Shown here: piece by piece, positions 1 to 12,897 of the stretch
How the letters are laid out: each line of letters starts with the position of its first letter
Position numbering within the stretch: position 1 is the first letter of the stretch
From: Eledone cirrhosa
Lineage: Eukaryota
Direction of reading: 5' to 3'
Length of the DNA: 64,000 nucleotides
Assembly: GCA_964016885.1 (NCBI GenBank)
Contig: OZ024753.1
Coordinates: forward strand, 44,702,001 to 44,766,000
The notes under the pieces: model-generated
Databases searched by the model: none
What the model was told of the DNA's origin: nothing
What the model saw: only the letters and a program-made list of their open reading frames with translations
Position numbers and translations under genes: made by a program

Positions 1-370
1 TTCTAGAATAAATTTAATTATGAAACCATAAATTCATCTGTATAATACGTAATTTCCTTTTAAACAATTCATAGTTTATAAAATTTGAACCACAAGTTGA
101 ACAATTAAGAATAGATTATTTTGTAAACTAACTCTAAAGATGGAAACAGTTTTTGCTATATAATTATATAATTACCTTACATTAGATGAAACAATCCTTA
201 AAGTGAAGTTCAAAATATCCATATTAGCTTGTCTATATCAAATATATCGATTCACTGTTTGTCAGATTTAAAACCAGTTTGAAACTAGTGTGACTATGTT
301 TACAAAGGGAACGTAAGTAAAAAATGTAAATATACATATATATGTATGTATATATATATATATATATATT

Positions 371-700
371 ATCATAGTCATCGTTTAACATCTATCTTCC
401 ATGCTAGCATGGGTTAGACGGGAATTGTCCCATTTGAGGCAAGATTGGTCGTATAGGGCTATCTGGCAGGTTTTCTATGGCTGGATGCCCTTCCTAACAC
501 CAACCACGTTTACAGTGTGGACTGTGTATTTTTTTGTTGTGACACCTACACGACCTCATTAGTTTGGACTGGATGTTGTGGTACCAACATAACTTTATAG
601 AGAAAGTATGGTCTTGGCGGGAGTGGAAGGATGGAGTAGTGGGTTGGGGGTGTATATTTGGTTTAGAGGTGCCTACTGACTGTAGGTTTCGCTTTGTTTC
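371..700 (-). mobile_element. RTE-type LINE 3' UTR/tail fragment
   Basis: Homologous to the 3' part of the RTE fragment at 27538-28224 (ctggatgcccttcctaacaccaacc...gacacctacacga...gcctactg); ends in a cat-repeat tail. Confidence 0.7.
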
Positions 701-715
701 ACTTTATATATATAA

Positions 716-918
716 AACAACAAAGAAAGTGAGGTAAGAAACCAGGTGGACCATAACACACCAGAGTACTCGATACTTAAGGTAGTAGAGTGGGTAATAG
801 GAGAAGAGTCAGGACCCCGACAGCTGAGCTCTGGCCATTTCGACAGTTAGATCTTAACGTGTTTGGATCTAGCTGTCGAAACGGCTGGAGCTCAGCCGTC
901 GGGGTCCTGACTCTTTTC

Positions 919-920
<2 letters not shown>
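716..920. mobile_element. TA-inserted foldback element, family C (copy 1); putative PLE-derived
   Basis: Inverted repeat 800-919 (gagaagagtcaggaccccgacagctgagctc...gagctcagccgtcggggtcctgactcttttcc) plus an ~85-bp unpaired tail to 716; TA runs on both sides; homologous to 8421-8614 in the opposite orientation. Confidence 0.75.
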
Positions 921-978
<58 letters not shown>

Positions 979-1128
979 GAATTGAAAAAAGTAAATGATT
1001 ATCACAAAGAAAAAAAGATTAATCAGTATATTAAAATATAATTCTAAAATAAATTTCATTATGAATCTTTTAAATAATTCATTACATATGACGAGACATT
1101 CAAATTAATAAATACATATATATATGTT

Positions 1129-1132
<4 letters not shown>

Positions 1133-1198
<66 letters not shown>

Positions 1199-1230
1199 TG
1201 TGTGTTTATGTGTGTTTATGTGTGTGTGTG
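1133..1230. repeat. (TG)n microsatellite
   Basis: Direct reading. Confidence 0.95.
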
Positions 1231-1589
1231 TAATTTTTATATTAAATTGTTTTTTTAGTTTACATTTTTTTTCTCTTACTCTTTATTTTTTGTTGTTGAT
1301 ATTTTTTGCTTCTACTTTTCCATTCAGAAGATCATCACTTTCCTCATCCTCACAAGATTTCTAACTTTAATGGTAAAGACTTTACAGTAGCAGAGATAAA
1401 ATATAAGTTGCTTTGCAAACATAAATGATCCCTGAAATCCTGATAGGGTCATAGACACACCGTTTTTAGCATTTGAACCTGGTGATACCCATCCCATGTC
1501 AGGTTAAAGCACAGTAGATTTCTTCCAAGGAAGAGAGAGAGAAGAATCAACCCTAGAACTTATTAGTTCAAGTCTAAAGTCTGTCCCAA

Positions 1590-1966
1590 GCCTGGAAACT
1601 CATCAGACTGGGGCTTATCCCAGTTTCCATGGCAATAAGTGTCTGAGAGTAGCAGATTCCCCACCGAACAGCTCACCAGTCCATTGCAGGGTCAAAGTCT
1701 GTCTTTAACTGGCAGACTCATCAGACCAATGCTTCTCCCAATTTCCTTGGCGTTAAGTGACTGAAAGTTAAAAAAACTCTCCCACCCCACTGGATAGGAC
1801 ACCAGTTCATTGCAGGGTTAAGCCCCAAGCTATTGCTGGTACTCATTTTCAGTTGAGTATACTGGAACAATGTGAAATGAAGTGTTTTGCTCAAGAACAC
1901 AACACACAACGGTGTGTCAGGAATCAAACCCACAACATTATGATGGTAAGTCCAAAACCTTTACCA
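1590..1966 (-). mobile_element. tRNA-derived CORE-like SINE with duplicated 3' part
   Basis: Reverse complement has a tRNA-like head and ttcttgagcaaaacacttcatttcacattg core; related to 16770-17140 and 26070-26320. Confidence 0.65.
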
Positions 1967-2079
1967 GGAGGAAGAAGTGGAAAGTTGTTACTGATAAAGT
2001 TCTTATTTAATGTTTACATTTGTAATTCAATATCTGCCGGGAGGGTGTACCGGGTGTGTGTGGGGGGGGGGGTATAAAC

Positions 2080-2141
2080 CACACACACACACATATATAC
2101 ATATATACATATACACACACATATATCTCTCTATAGATATA

Positions 2142-2189
<48 letters not shown>

Positions 2190-2197
2190 CCTTGCTA

Positions 2198-2256
<59 letters not shown>

Positions 2257-2392
2257 TATATGCACATATATCTATATATATAAATATATATATATGCTCG
2301 CAAGAGGCATATATATATATATATATATATGCCTCTTGCTAGCATATATATATATATATATAGATAGATATATATAGATATATGCACATATA

Positions 2393-2434
<42 letters not shown>

Positions 2435-2442
2435 CCTTGCTA

Positions 2443-2477
<35 letters not shown>

Positions 2478-2583
2478 TAGATAGATAGATATATGCACAT
2501 ATATCTATATATAAATATATATATATATATATGCTAGCAAGGGGCATATATATATATATATATATATGCACATATATATATAT

Positions 2584-2615
<32 letters not shown>

Positions 2616-2626
2616 GCTAGCAAGGA
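2080..2626. repeat. (TA)n-based compound satellite with a 13-mer in both orientations
   Basis: gccccttgctagc at ~2187, ~2331 and ~2432; its reverse complement at ~2296, ~2533 and ~2616, separated by TA runs. Confidence 0.85.
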
Positions 2627-2793
2627 GAATGTAAATGAAATGATGCTATATATAATATGTACCTATATTATGTTTGTTCACTGAGGCATAAGAATTACAT
2701 TTAAAACATATCAACATGTGAAAACATATTTAATGTTCATAGCATATTGATATGTTTAAAAACATGATCAGACTTGGGGTTATAACCCCTGCT

Positions 2794-3725
2794 AGTGGTG
2801 GTGGTTGTAGTAGTGGTAGTGGTGGTGGTGGTGGTAGTGGTGGTGGTGGTGGTGGTGGTGGTGGTGGTGGTGGTGGTGGTGATGGTAGTGGTGGTGGTGG
2901 TTGTAGTGGTGTTGGTGGTAGTGGTGGTGGTGGTGGTTGTAGTGGTGGTGGTGGTAGTGGTGGTGGTGGTGGTTGTAGTGGTGTTGGTGATGGTGGTGTC
3001 GATGGTGATGGTAGTGGTGGTGGTGGTGGTGGTGGTGGTGGTGGTTGTGGTGGTAGTTGTAGTGGTGGTGGTGGTGGTTGTAGTGGTGGTTGTAGTGGTG
3101 ATGGTGGTGTCGATGGTAGTGGTGGTGGTGGTGGTTGTAGTGGTGGTGGTGGTAGTGGTGGTGGTGGTGGTGGTTGTGGTGGTAGTTGTAGTGGTGGTGG
3201 TGGTGGTGGTAGTGGTGATGGTAGTGGTGGTGGTGGTTGTAGTGGTGGTGGTGGTGGTTGTAGTGGTGGTGGTGGTAGTGGTGATGGTGGTGGTGGTTGT
3301 AGTGGTGTTGGTGATGGTGGTGTCGATGGTGATGGTAGTGGTGGTGGTGGTGGTGGTGGTGGTTGTGGTGGTAGTTGTAGTGGTGGTGGTGGTGGTGGTG
3401 GTTGTAGTGGTGGTTGTAGTGGTGATGGTGGTGTCGATGGTAGTGGTGGTGGTGGTGGTTGTAGTGGTGATGGTAGTGGTGGTGATGGTTGTAGTGGTGT
3501 TGGTGATGGTGGTGTCGATGGTGATGGTAGTGGTGGTGGTGGTGGTGGTGGTGGTTGTGGTGGTGGTTGTAGTGGTGTTGGTGATGGTGGTGTCGATGGT
3601 AGTGGTGGTGGTGGTTTCGGTGGTGGTTGTAGTGGTGGTTGTGGTGGTGGTGGTTATAGTATTATTATTATTATTAGTAATAGTAGTAGTAGTAGTAATA
3701 GTACTTATGGTGTTTGTGGTGGTGG
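2794..3725. repeat. (GGT)n-derived degenerate trinucleotide satellite
   Basis: GGT/AGT/TGT/GAT triplets with recurring ggtgttggtgatggtggtgtcgatggt subunits. Confidence 0.95.
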
Positions 3726-3879
3726 GGTGATAGTAGTAGTAGTAGTAGTGCCAGTAGTAGTAGTGGTAGTAATGGCAGTGTTGTTGTTGTTGTTGTTAAC
3801 ATCACCAATAGATATTATTTACTGCATTTGAACTCATTTAATTTCATGCAATAATAACAATAATATGCCTACTGAAAAC

Positions 3880-4640
3880 TGTGTATGTGTATGTATGTGC
3901 GGGGACATGTACATGTGTGTGTTTGTGTATGTGCGGGGACATGTACATGTGTGTGTTTGTGTATGTGCAGGGACATGTACATGTGTGTGTGTTTGTGTAT
4001 GTGCGTATATATGTATGTTCATGGACATGTATATGTGTGTCTATATATGTGTGTACATGTGTGTGAGTTTGTGCATATATATGTGTGTACATGTGTGTGA
4101 GTTTGTGTGTATATATGTGTACATGTGTGTGAGTTTGTGTGTATATATGTGTACATGTGTGTGAGTTTGTGTGTATATATGTGTACATGTGTGTGTGAGT
4201 TTGTGCGTATATATGTGTACATGTGTGTGAGTTTGTGCGTATATATCTGTGTACATGTATGTGTGAGTTTGTGTGTATATATCTGTACATGTGTGTGAGT
4301 TTGTGTGTATATATATGTACATGTATGTGTGAGTTTGTGTGTATATATCTGTACATGTGTGTGAGTTTGTGTGTATATATATGTACATGTATGTGTGAGT
4401 TTGTGTGTATATATCTGTGTACATATGTGTGAGTTTGTGCGTATATATCTGTGTATATGTGTGTGAGTTTGTGCGTATATATCTGTGTACATGTATGTGT
4501 GAGTTTGTGTGTATATATCTGTGTACATATGTGTGAGTTTGTGTGTATATATCTGTGTACATGTGTGTGAGTTTGTGTGTATATATCTGTGTACATGTAT
4601 GTGTATATGTGAGCATGTCTGTGTATGTGAGAACATGTCT
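3880..4640. repeat. TG/TA-rich minisatellite (~28-34 bp unit gtgagtttgtgtgtatatatctgtgtacatgt)
   Basis: Direct reading of tandem units. Confidence 0.9.
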
Positions 4641-5374
4641 ATAAAAGTGATTTAAGAAAAAAACTTATTTTTTCAAAATATATAAATATAGGTTTCTACA
4701 GTTTTTTTTTTTAACAGTAAAATATTTTATTACATGTAATCGAAATAATCAAAATGAAGTAGACTATTGTTAATAACTAGTTTAAATTGGTTCATATATT
4801 TGAGATTTTATGAAAAATAACTCTATATATTCCAAATTATTGGATGGTTCTGTGGTGCTTTACTTTCACAAATGGTAAAAAAGAAAGAAATTATTTTTAA
4901 AAATTAAAAAACAAAACGCAATTTTTATTTATTCAATAATTCTATCAAAAATAATTTGGCTGTATAATATTGCAACATTAAAAAGTAAAATATGTTTGCG
5001 GTCGTTCAACCAAAGAATCTTGTATATAATTTGTTGTATCTGTTATGGATTCAAGGAATCAAATGATAAAATATAATTAACAATTAAAGCTACCGGCTTT
5101 TTTTTCTGTTTTGTTCTGATGGAAATCACCACAATGCACAAGAAATTTATCTAATATTTTAATAATTTTGCACTTTATGATAAGAATTTGATGAAGCCTT
5201 AATATTGATTAAAATTTGATTTTCTATTTATTCATCATTGCTTCAGCTTTAGATTCTCTTTCATACTTTCATGTTTAAACAACAATGATTCATTTAAGTC
5301 ACATATATATTTCTCTAGTCTCTTAGCATTTATACTGGCCATATCCGACCAGAATTCTCTCACCTCTTTTTAAA

Positions 5375-5720
5375 TCAACCCCATTACTGGTACTTTATTT
5401 TATCAACGCCAATGCATTACTGGTACTTTATTCTATCAACCCCATTGTATTATTGGTACTTTATCTTATCAACCCCGTAAGGATGAAAGGCAAAGCATAA
5501 TAATAATGGTTTTTGATTAAGGCACAAGGCCAAAGATTTTGGGAGAGGAAAGTTGATTAGATTGACCCCAGTGTATTACTGGTTCTTCATTTTATCAACC
5601 CCATAAGGATGAAAGGCATAGCTAAGCTTGGTGTGATTTCAAGTCAGAATGTAAAGGGTCGTAACTCTATGCCACTAAGCATGTTGTCCGATGCTCTACC
5701 AATTCTGCCAATCCACTTCC
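5375..5720 (-). mobile_element. tRNA-derived SINE (Nin/Deu-domain-like) with preceding partial tandem copies
   Basis: cattactggtactttattttatcaacccc..aaggatgaaaggc motif shared with about 12 copies in the window. Confidence 0.75.
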
Positions 5721-7133
5721 TTAAGCACCAACTTAATAACAAGAAAGTTAGTTATTTTATAAAGTCCTTCCAAATTCTTGAGTATTTTTATAATGATTTT
5801 AAAATGATAGTCAACGTATTTCATTGACTCTAGTTTCCAAATCAGTTAGTAATAATAGAATATTGTTCATACAGCTCGGGTGAATGGGCTTAATTAAAGT
5901 TGGTGGCCAACAAATTAAAATGAAAGCATATGGCTATAGTAAGGGAAGATATGTTGAAATTGGAATTGTTGGAAATACGTGTGGGACACTGTTAATAGAC
6001 TAGTTCAATTTAGTAACAAAGGAAAGAGGTAATTGCCTAAAGTTATAGAAAATATATTTAGCAAGGGAGCAGTGAATAGATAAACTCTGAAAGTCAGAAA
6101 ACATAGTTGAGAAGGAGAGAATAATTTATTTTGACTGTGTACTTAATGAAAGAATCCTTTCATTCCCTAATGACTTCCAGTGATTTTAGAGGACAACAAT
6201 AGATTGTTACTGAAAGGCAGTCACTTTCTAAAATGTGATTTGATGTGACATGGTGATGGTGGTGGTAGTGGTGATAGTGCAATCTTTTCTGAAACATGGT
6301 GAGATATTGATTGTGCAGGTGTTGAAATTTGGAGGCTATTGTATTGACATTACACATACAAATATATATATACATACACACAAATACATGTACATATATA
6401 TACATACATACACACAAATACATGTACATATATATACAGTGGCGAACTGGTTAGGTTGCTAGGTTGTCCTATGGCAAGTGGGCCCACAGTAGTATTTCTA
6501 GTGCTTTGTGTTAAAAAAAATAATATATATATATACACATAAATATATATATATTTATATACATATAAATATATGTATACATTATAACATTTATATGTTA
6601 AAATGCGCCAGCTGAGATTGAACCTCTCACCTCATTACGAAAGAATGAATACCCATTACTCTTACCAACGAAGCTAAACCTTCAATTTATTTATTTAATT
6701 ATAAATACGGAAAGTGTAGCGATAGAAAATAAATAAAACTTCGAAATAATTATAATATCCGACATTGTTTTGAGAATAATAGTGTAAAATTATGACACCG
6801 GTTTAGGGATTGCATGTAACCCTTGCCCTCTCGTCCCCACGGTCATTTGATGTTCATATTAAAGAGAGGTGGGGGAGTAAATTAATTGTTTTATTTATTT
6901 ACTTATATCAAACAAGGAACAAGTTGCCAGGAAAACAATTTTAGAAATTGCCCTCGTTAAAAAATAAAATTCAGCCATTACCCCTCCCATGATGCAACGG
7001 GGCAGGTAAATAATTTGACGATTTAGCGACATCAGTTCCTTAAATTTCTCCGAACCGAAATCTCAAGAACGATAACTCTGTCTTTACTTAATCGCAAAAA
7101 TGGGTGCAAAAAAAGTTTCAGTTGGGAAAGTTT

Positions 7134-7136
<3 letters not shown>

Positions 7137-7207
<71 letters not shown>
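7137..7207. repeat. (TC)n microsatellite
   Basis: Direct reading. Confidence 0.95.
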
Positions 7208-7228
<21 letters not shown>

Positions 7229-7329
7229 AATAAATATAATTTACTTAACATCTCCCTCCCTCCCTCTCTCTCTCTCTCTATATATATATCTGTTGGCTTT
7301 TTGCTACAATGTTTTCTATACCTTTCATT

Positions 7330-7363
<34 letters not shown>

Positions 7364-7376
7364 TAATTACTTAACA

Positions 7377-7448
<72 letters not shown>

Positions 7449-7488
7449 GATAAATCTACCAAGAGTTTACGGTAGTGTCCAATCCGAT

Positions 7489-7522
<34 letters not shown>

Positions 7523-7525
<3 letters not shown>

Positions 7526-7879
7526 GAGGTTATATTTAATTTGTTGGGATTCAACAAGCTTAAACATTTTATAACTGATATAAAGCACTCAACAAGTTAG
7601 TGGAGTAAATATAAATGAAAACTATATTTATAAAACCATAATTATTTTATATATATTTCAAGGGCAACCAAGGCAAATTTTGGTGCGCTTTCATCAGATA
7701 AAATACAAATTTGTTTTATAAATATTGACATACCTGCATAAAGACAACCTTAACGGTTGAGGTTTGCTGGTATGTCAATATTTATAAAACAAATTTGTAT
7801 TTTATCTGATGAAAGCGCACCAAAATTTGCCTTGGTTGCCCTTGAAATATATATAATAAAATAATTATGGTTTTATAAA
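7523..7879. mobile_element. Foldback element, family A (copy 1), hammerhead-bearing; putative PLE-derived
   Basis: Inverted arms ~7627-7738 and ~7765-7879 plus an ~100-bp tail to 7523 that abuts a TA run; homologous to 11913-12133. Confidence 0.8.
7798..7863 (+). ncRNA. Minimal type I hammerhead ribozyme (family A)
   Basis: TATTTTAT-CTGATGA(7806-7812)-stem II aagcgcaccaa/ttggttgccctt-GAAA(7844-7847)-tatata-TA-ATAAAATA; stem I is 8 perfect bp. Confidence 0.8.
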
Positions 7880-8185
7880 TCATCATCATCATCATCATCA
7901 CCGTTTTACGTCTGTTCTTCCACGCTGGCATAGGTTAGACGGGTTGTCCTGCTGTGGGCAGTGTCTGGTCGGCTGACCATGCCTTGCTCATACAGGAACT
8001 GATTTTGGCTTGATTTCTACAGCTGGATGCCCTTCCTAACACCAACCTCATTTACAGTGAGTGCTGGGTGCTTTTTCGTGGCGCCTCCACGACCACCTTG
8101 CAGTGGGGGGTGTGGGGGCATATTGTCTATATGCTTCAGCTTGTACCCATGGGAGGTCAGGTACCCTGTATTACTGTGTTTCCAT
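7880..8185 (-). mobile_element. RTE-type LINE 3' tail
   Basis: (cat)n-ccgttttacgtc...ctggatgcccttcctaacaccaacc; near-identical to 52618-53000. Confidence 0.7.
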
Positions 8186-8191
8186 TTATTA

Positions 8192-8226
<35 letters not shown>

Positions 8227-8349
8227 CAGTGGCACTCCGTCGGTTACGACAACGATAATTCCTGTAATCACACAAACACAAAAACCACAACATGCCCACA
8301 ATCTCATAACTGTGATATTTGTCTATCTATCTGTCCACCTATCTACCTA

Positions 8350-8420
<71 letters not shown>

Positions 8421-8423
<3 letters not shown>

Positions 8424-8614
8424 GGAATGAGTAGGACCCCGACGGCTGAGCTCAAGCCGTTTCGACGGCTAATTCTGGACAGAATTAGCCGTCGAAACGG
8501 CTTGAGCTCAGCCGTCGGGGTCCTACTCGTTCCTATTACCCATTCTACTACCTTAAGTATTGAGTACTTTGGTGCATTATGGTCCACCTGGTTCCTTACC
8601 ACATTTCCTTTGTT
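8421..8614. mobile_element. TA-inserted foldback element, family C (copy 2)
   Basis: Near-perfect palindrome 8421-8536 centred on gacggctaattc-tggaca-gaattagccgtc, plus tail to 8614; TA runs on both sides. Confidence 0.8.
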
Positions 8615-8637
8615 ATATATATATATATATATATATA

Positions 8638-8961
8638 TAAGATCAAAAGATGGTTAAAAGAGTTCCAAGTATTTTATTATGCGCATTTCAAAAACAAATA
8701 TCATCATGGGATGATATCTGCGTTCTCATCAGATAAAATAGGGAGACATGATATGAAGCTTAAAAAAGACTTGTGAGCAGTGAAGTCTTAAATCAACATA
8801 TGATGATATTTGTTTTTGAAATGCGCATAATAAAATACTTGGAACTCTTTTAACCATCTTTTGATCTTATATTATTTATACTCCAGTCCTACAAACTGTA
8901 GGGTGCTACTTATCCGATATTTGCATTGCTTTATTGTGCTACAATAAAACTCACCTCCTAC

Positions 8962-8965
<4 letters not shown>
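8638..8965. mobile_element. TA-inserted foldback element, family B (copy 1), hammerhead-bearing
   Basis: Arms ~8638-8707 and ~8800-8870 plus a ~95-bp tail ending cacctcctacatta; homologous to 42505-42810. Confidence 0.8.
8670..8740 (-). ncRNA. Minimal type I hammerhead ribozyme (family B)
   Basis: Reverse complement: TATTTTAT-CTGATGA-stem II (gcagatatcatc/gatgatatttgt)-GAAA-tgcgca-TA-ATAAAATA. Confidence 0.85.
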
Positions 8966-9009
<44 letters not shown>

Positions 9010-9344
9010 CTCTATCCCTATTCAAAGATTTAGTAAAGCCAGCAAAGCAGATCCTTCTGCCCCATTAACTGTTGCTCAGCAACAGCGCTCCCAGTGTATG
9101 TTCAGCTTCCTTTAAGTAAGGATTTGAACATATTGTGTGTAATTGAGTCATGGCTGTTTGTTGTGACATTGGTCATATATATAGAGTGAATGTATATATA
9201 ATATCTATGTATAGCATGTATATTGCATGTGTATATAATGCATATACTTAGTGCTTGTATATATAATGCATAGTGCTTGTGTATAATATGTATATATAGT
9301 CGTAATTGTTTAAAAAAAAAAGAGAGTGCATGAGTATATATGTA

Positions 9345-10225
9345 TGTATAGTGTCATGTATATATGTATTGTGTATATATGTATACTGCAGTGTATATAT
9401 AGTGTCATGTATGTATGTATTGTGTATGTATGTATACTGCAGTGTATATATAGTGTCATGTATATATGTATTGTGTATGTATGTATACTGCAGTGTATAT
9501 ATAGTGTCATGTATGTATGTATTGTGTATGTATGTATACTGCAGTGTATATATAGTGTCATGTATATATGTATTGTGTATGTATGTATGTATACTGCAGT
9601 GTATATATAGTGTCATGTATGTATGTATTGTGTATGTATGTATACTGCAGTGTATATATAGTGTCATGTATGTATTGTGTATGTATGTATACTGCAGTGT
9701 ATATATAGTGTCATGTATGTATGTATTGTGTATATATGTATACTGCAGTGTATATATAGTGTCATGTTTATATGTATTGTGTATGTATGTATACTGCAGT
9801 GTATATATGTATACTGCAGTGTATATATAGTGTCATGTATATATGTATTGTGTATGTATGTATACTGCAGTGTATATATAGTGTCATGTTTATATGTATT
9901 GTGTATGTATGTATACTGCAGTGTATATATAGTGTCATGTTTATATGTATTGTGTATGTATGTATACTGCAGTGTATATATAATGTCATGTTTATATGTA
10001 TTGTGTATGTATGTATACTGCAGTGTATATATAGTGTCATATATATATATATGTATTGTGTATGTATGTATACTGCAGTGTATATATAGTGTCATATATA
10101 TATATATGTATTGTGTATGTATGTATACTGCAGTGTATATATGTATACTGCAGTGTATATATAGTGTCGTGTATGTATGTATTGTGTATGTATGTATACT
10201 GCAGTGTATATATAGTGTCATGTAT
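9345..10225. repeat. ~51-bp minisatellite (tatagtgtcatg...tatactgcagtgtata)
   Basis: About 17 tandem units, each with a ctgcag site. Confidence 0.9.
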
Positions 10226-10557
10226 ATGTATGTATGTATAGTGTATATGTATATAATTCTTTATACATATATAGTGCCATGTATGTATGTGTGTTTGTAG
10301 ATTTGTGTGTATATATATATATGTGTGTGTGTGTGTGAAAGAGAGAGAGAGTTGATGTGTGTGTGAATGGGGATACCTGGTGTGTGTAGATTTGTGTATC
10401 TGTATAGATTACAGTTCAGAGGAGGTGGGGGGGGGGGGATAAGAAGAAGAAGAAGAAGAACAACAACAACAACTGCACCAAGACGGATTCATCTCAACCA
10501 AGCATGGAAACACGGATAGGAAATAGTAAAAACAATATTATATATATACACACATGT

Positions 10558-10590
<33 letters not shown>

Positions 10591-11227
10591 CACATTCATA
10601 TACACATACAAATGTACACATACACACATATACATGCACATACATACACATATATACACATACACACACATATATATATATATATACATACACACAAATA
10701 TACACACACACATATATATACATAAATACACATGCATGCAGATACATGGATGTACAAATATGTGCACATATTCACAAATCTACATAAATGCACATGCATG
10801 CACATAGACACCACACAAATCTACATAAATGCACATGAGTGCACATATACACAAATGTGCACAAATGCATGTGTGCACACGTGTTCATAGATGCATACAA
10901 GCTCATAGATGTACATAGATGCACATAAATGTATATACATGCATGCATACACATACCATACACAAATATATATATATATATGCACATGCATGCTCATACA
11001 TATATACAAGTGTACATAAAATAAATACATACCCGACCAGTTGCACACACATACATATATATACACATATATACACATATATACACATGCACACATATAC
11101 ATTATATATATATATATGAGCCTTTATATATATGTGTGTGCCTATATATATATATATATATATATATATAATGTTTCTTTATATATGTATATATATAATG
11201 TTTCTTTATATATATATATATATATAT

Positions 11228-11420
11228 AATTGTTTCTACTTTTGGCACAAGGCCAGAAATTACCCCAGTGCATTACTGGTACTTTATTTTATCGACCCCC
11301 GTAAGGATGAAAGGCAAAGTTAACCTCGGCGGGATTTGAACTCAGATCTTAAAGGGAGGTAACTCTTTGCTCCAAAGCATGGCGTCCGACCTTCTACTGA
11401 TACTGCCAATCCCCCACCCT
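11228..11420 (-). mobile_element. tRNA-derived SINE (Nin/Deu-like), full length
   Basis: Matches the window consensus ggcagtatcggtagagggtcggacgccatgc...gagttcaaatcccgccgaggttaactttgcctttcatcc...gtagaaacaatt. Confidence 0.85.
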
Positions 11421-11493
11421 TGGGTGTATATATATAATGTTCCTTTATATATGTATATATATATATATGTTCCTTTATATATATATATAAAGG

Positions 11494-11542
<49 letters not shown>

Positions 11543-11912
11543 TCCTTTATATATATATATATAAAGGATCATATATATATTTATATATATATATATGCAT
11601 GTAGAAATGGAAATTGTTAGCCAAGCAAGTTGACATAAACTGGTTGTGACATTGATTAGTGAGGAGTGAAGACAGGAGACCAACAGCTTTTCTAAAAGAA
11701 AGTCTTTGCTGGTCACATGGCCAATTTACTTTGCTTTCATTGAAGATCTCAAAAGCTAGAAATCACTGAAGCGTGATTTAAATAAGGGAACTACAGGTGT
11801 GGAACTGGTATAAGTTATCAACGAAGGAGAGAAGGAATTTAAGTTAAGAGGATTGGTGATACCATTAAGGACAACTAGGCAACCAGTGTGTGTGTATGTG
11901 TGTATATATATA

Positions 11913-12133
11913 TGCATAGGTTATATTTAATTTGTTGGGATTCAACAAGCTTAAACATTTTTGTAACTGATATAAAGCACTCAACACAGGGCTCCAACCG
12001 TTAAGGTTGTCTTTTTTCCGGGTATGTCAATATTTATTTATAAAACAAATCTGTATTTTATTTTATCTGATGAAAGCGCACCATAATTTGCCTTGGTTGC
12101 CCTTGAAATATGTATAATAAAATAAATATGGTT
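11913..12133. mobile_element. Family A element (copy 2): inverted tail joined to a ribozyme-bearing arm
   Basis: 11913-11985 matches 7523-7594; 11993-12133 is the + strand ribozyme arm and ends at about the same point as the short arm of copy 1. Confidence 0.8.
12059..12124 (+). ncRNA. Minimal type I hammerhead ribozyme (family A)
   Basis: TATTTTAT-CTGATGA(12067-12073)-aagcgcacca/tggttgccctt-GAAA(12105-12108)-tatgta-TA-ATAAAATA. Confidence 0.8.
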
Positions 12134-12284
12134 ACATATCTACATATCTACCTTAATTTCATAACTGGATGTGAATATATATATATATATACATACACAC
12201 AAACACATACATGTATGTATATCCATATATAAGTGTGTGTATGCATATATATATATATGTGTGCATGTATGTACATATGTATGA

Positions 12285-12349
<65 letters not shown>

Positions 12350-12373
12350 CCTTCATATACATGTGGCTTCATG

Positions 12374-12437
<64 letters not shown>

Positions 12438-12509
12438 AATAAATATATAGACAGACTGAATAAAAAATGGCGTAGACATACAACACAACAGGAGGAACAA
12501 TGAATATAA

Positions 12510-12552
12510 CACCACTGACGATGTTGCAGATGTGCAACGAAAGATTTATGTA
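12510..12552 (+). ncRNA. Degenerate hammerhead ribozyme motif in TA-flanked block 12446-12757
   Basis: CTGACGA-t-GTTGCA-gatg-TGCAAC-GAAA-gatt-TA-tg; stem II is perfect, stems I and III are weak. Confidence 0.5.
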
Positions 12553-12758
12553 AATTATGTAAACTATATGTATATATATGTGTTTGTGTCTATATTGTAT
12601 CTGTATTATTTTTGACCACCGGTCAGTCAATGGCAACATTGAGGACCGAGTAAGTTAGATCGCAGATATAAAAGACAGCGAGAAGCGAAAACCAACCAAA
12701 CAGTGAGTGTGTTCTGTTATTAATTCTGGCAATATTACGCAAATATGACCCTCCCCTA

Positions 12759-12843
<85 letters not shown>

Positions 12844-12848
12844 GTATA

Positions 12849-12897
<49 letters not shown>

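Noticed and set aside
2752-3831. 359-aa Gly/Cys-rich ORF resembling a structural protein
   Set aside because: It is a GGT-triplet satellite that is also open as poly-Val in another frame; there is no signal peptide or non-repetitive domain.
6600-6685. tRNA gene on the minus strand
   Set aside because: A/B-box-like motifs are present but there is no convincing cloverleaf; more likely a TE-associated tRNA-derived head.
7640-7705. Minus-strand copy of the family A hammerhead
   Set aside because: A 3-nt deletion at the stem III/cleavage site breaks the UH-stem I register, so it is not counted as intact.
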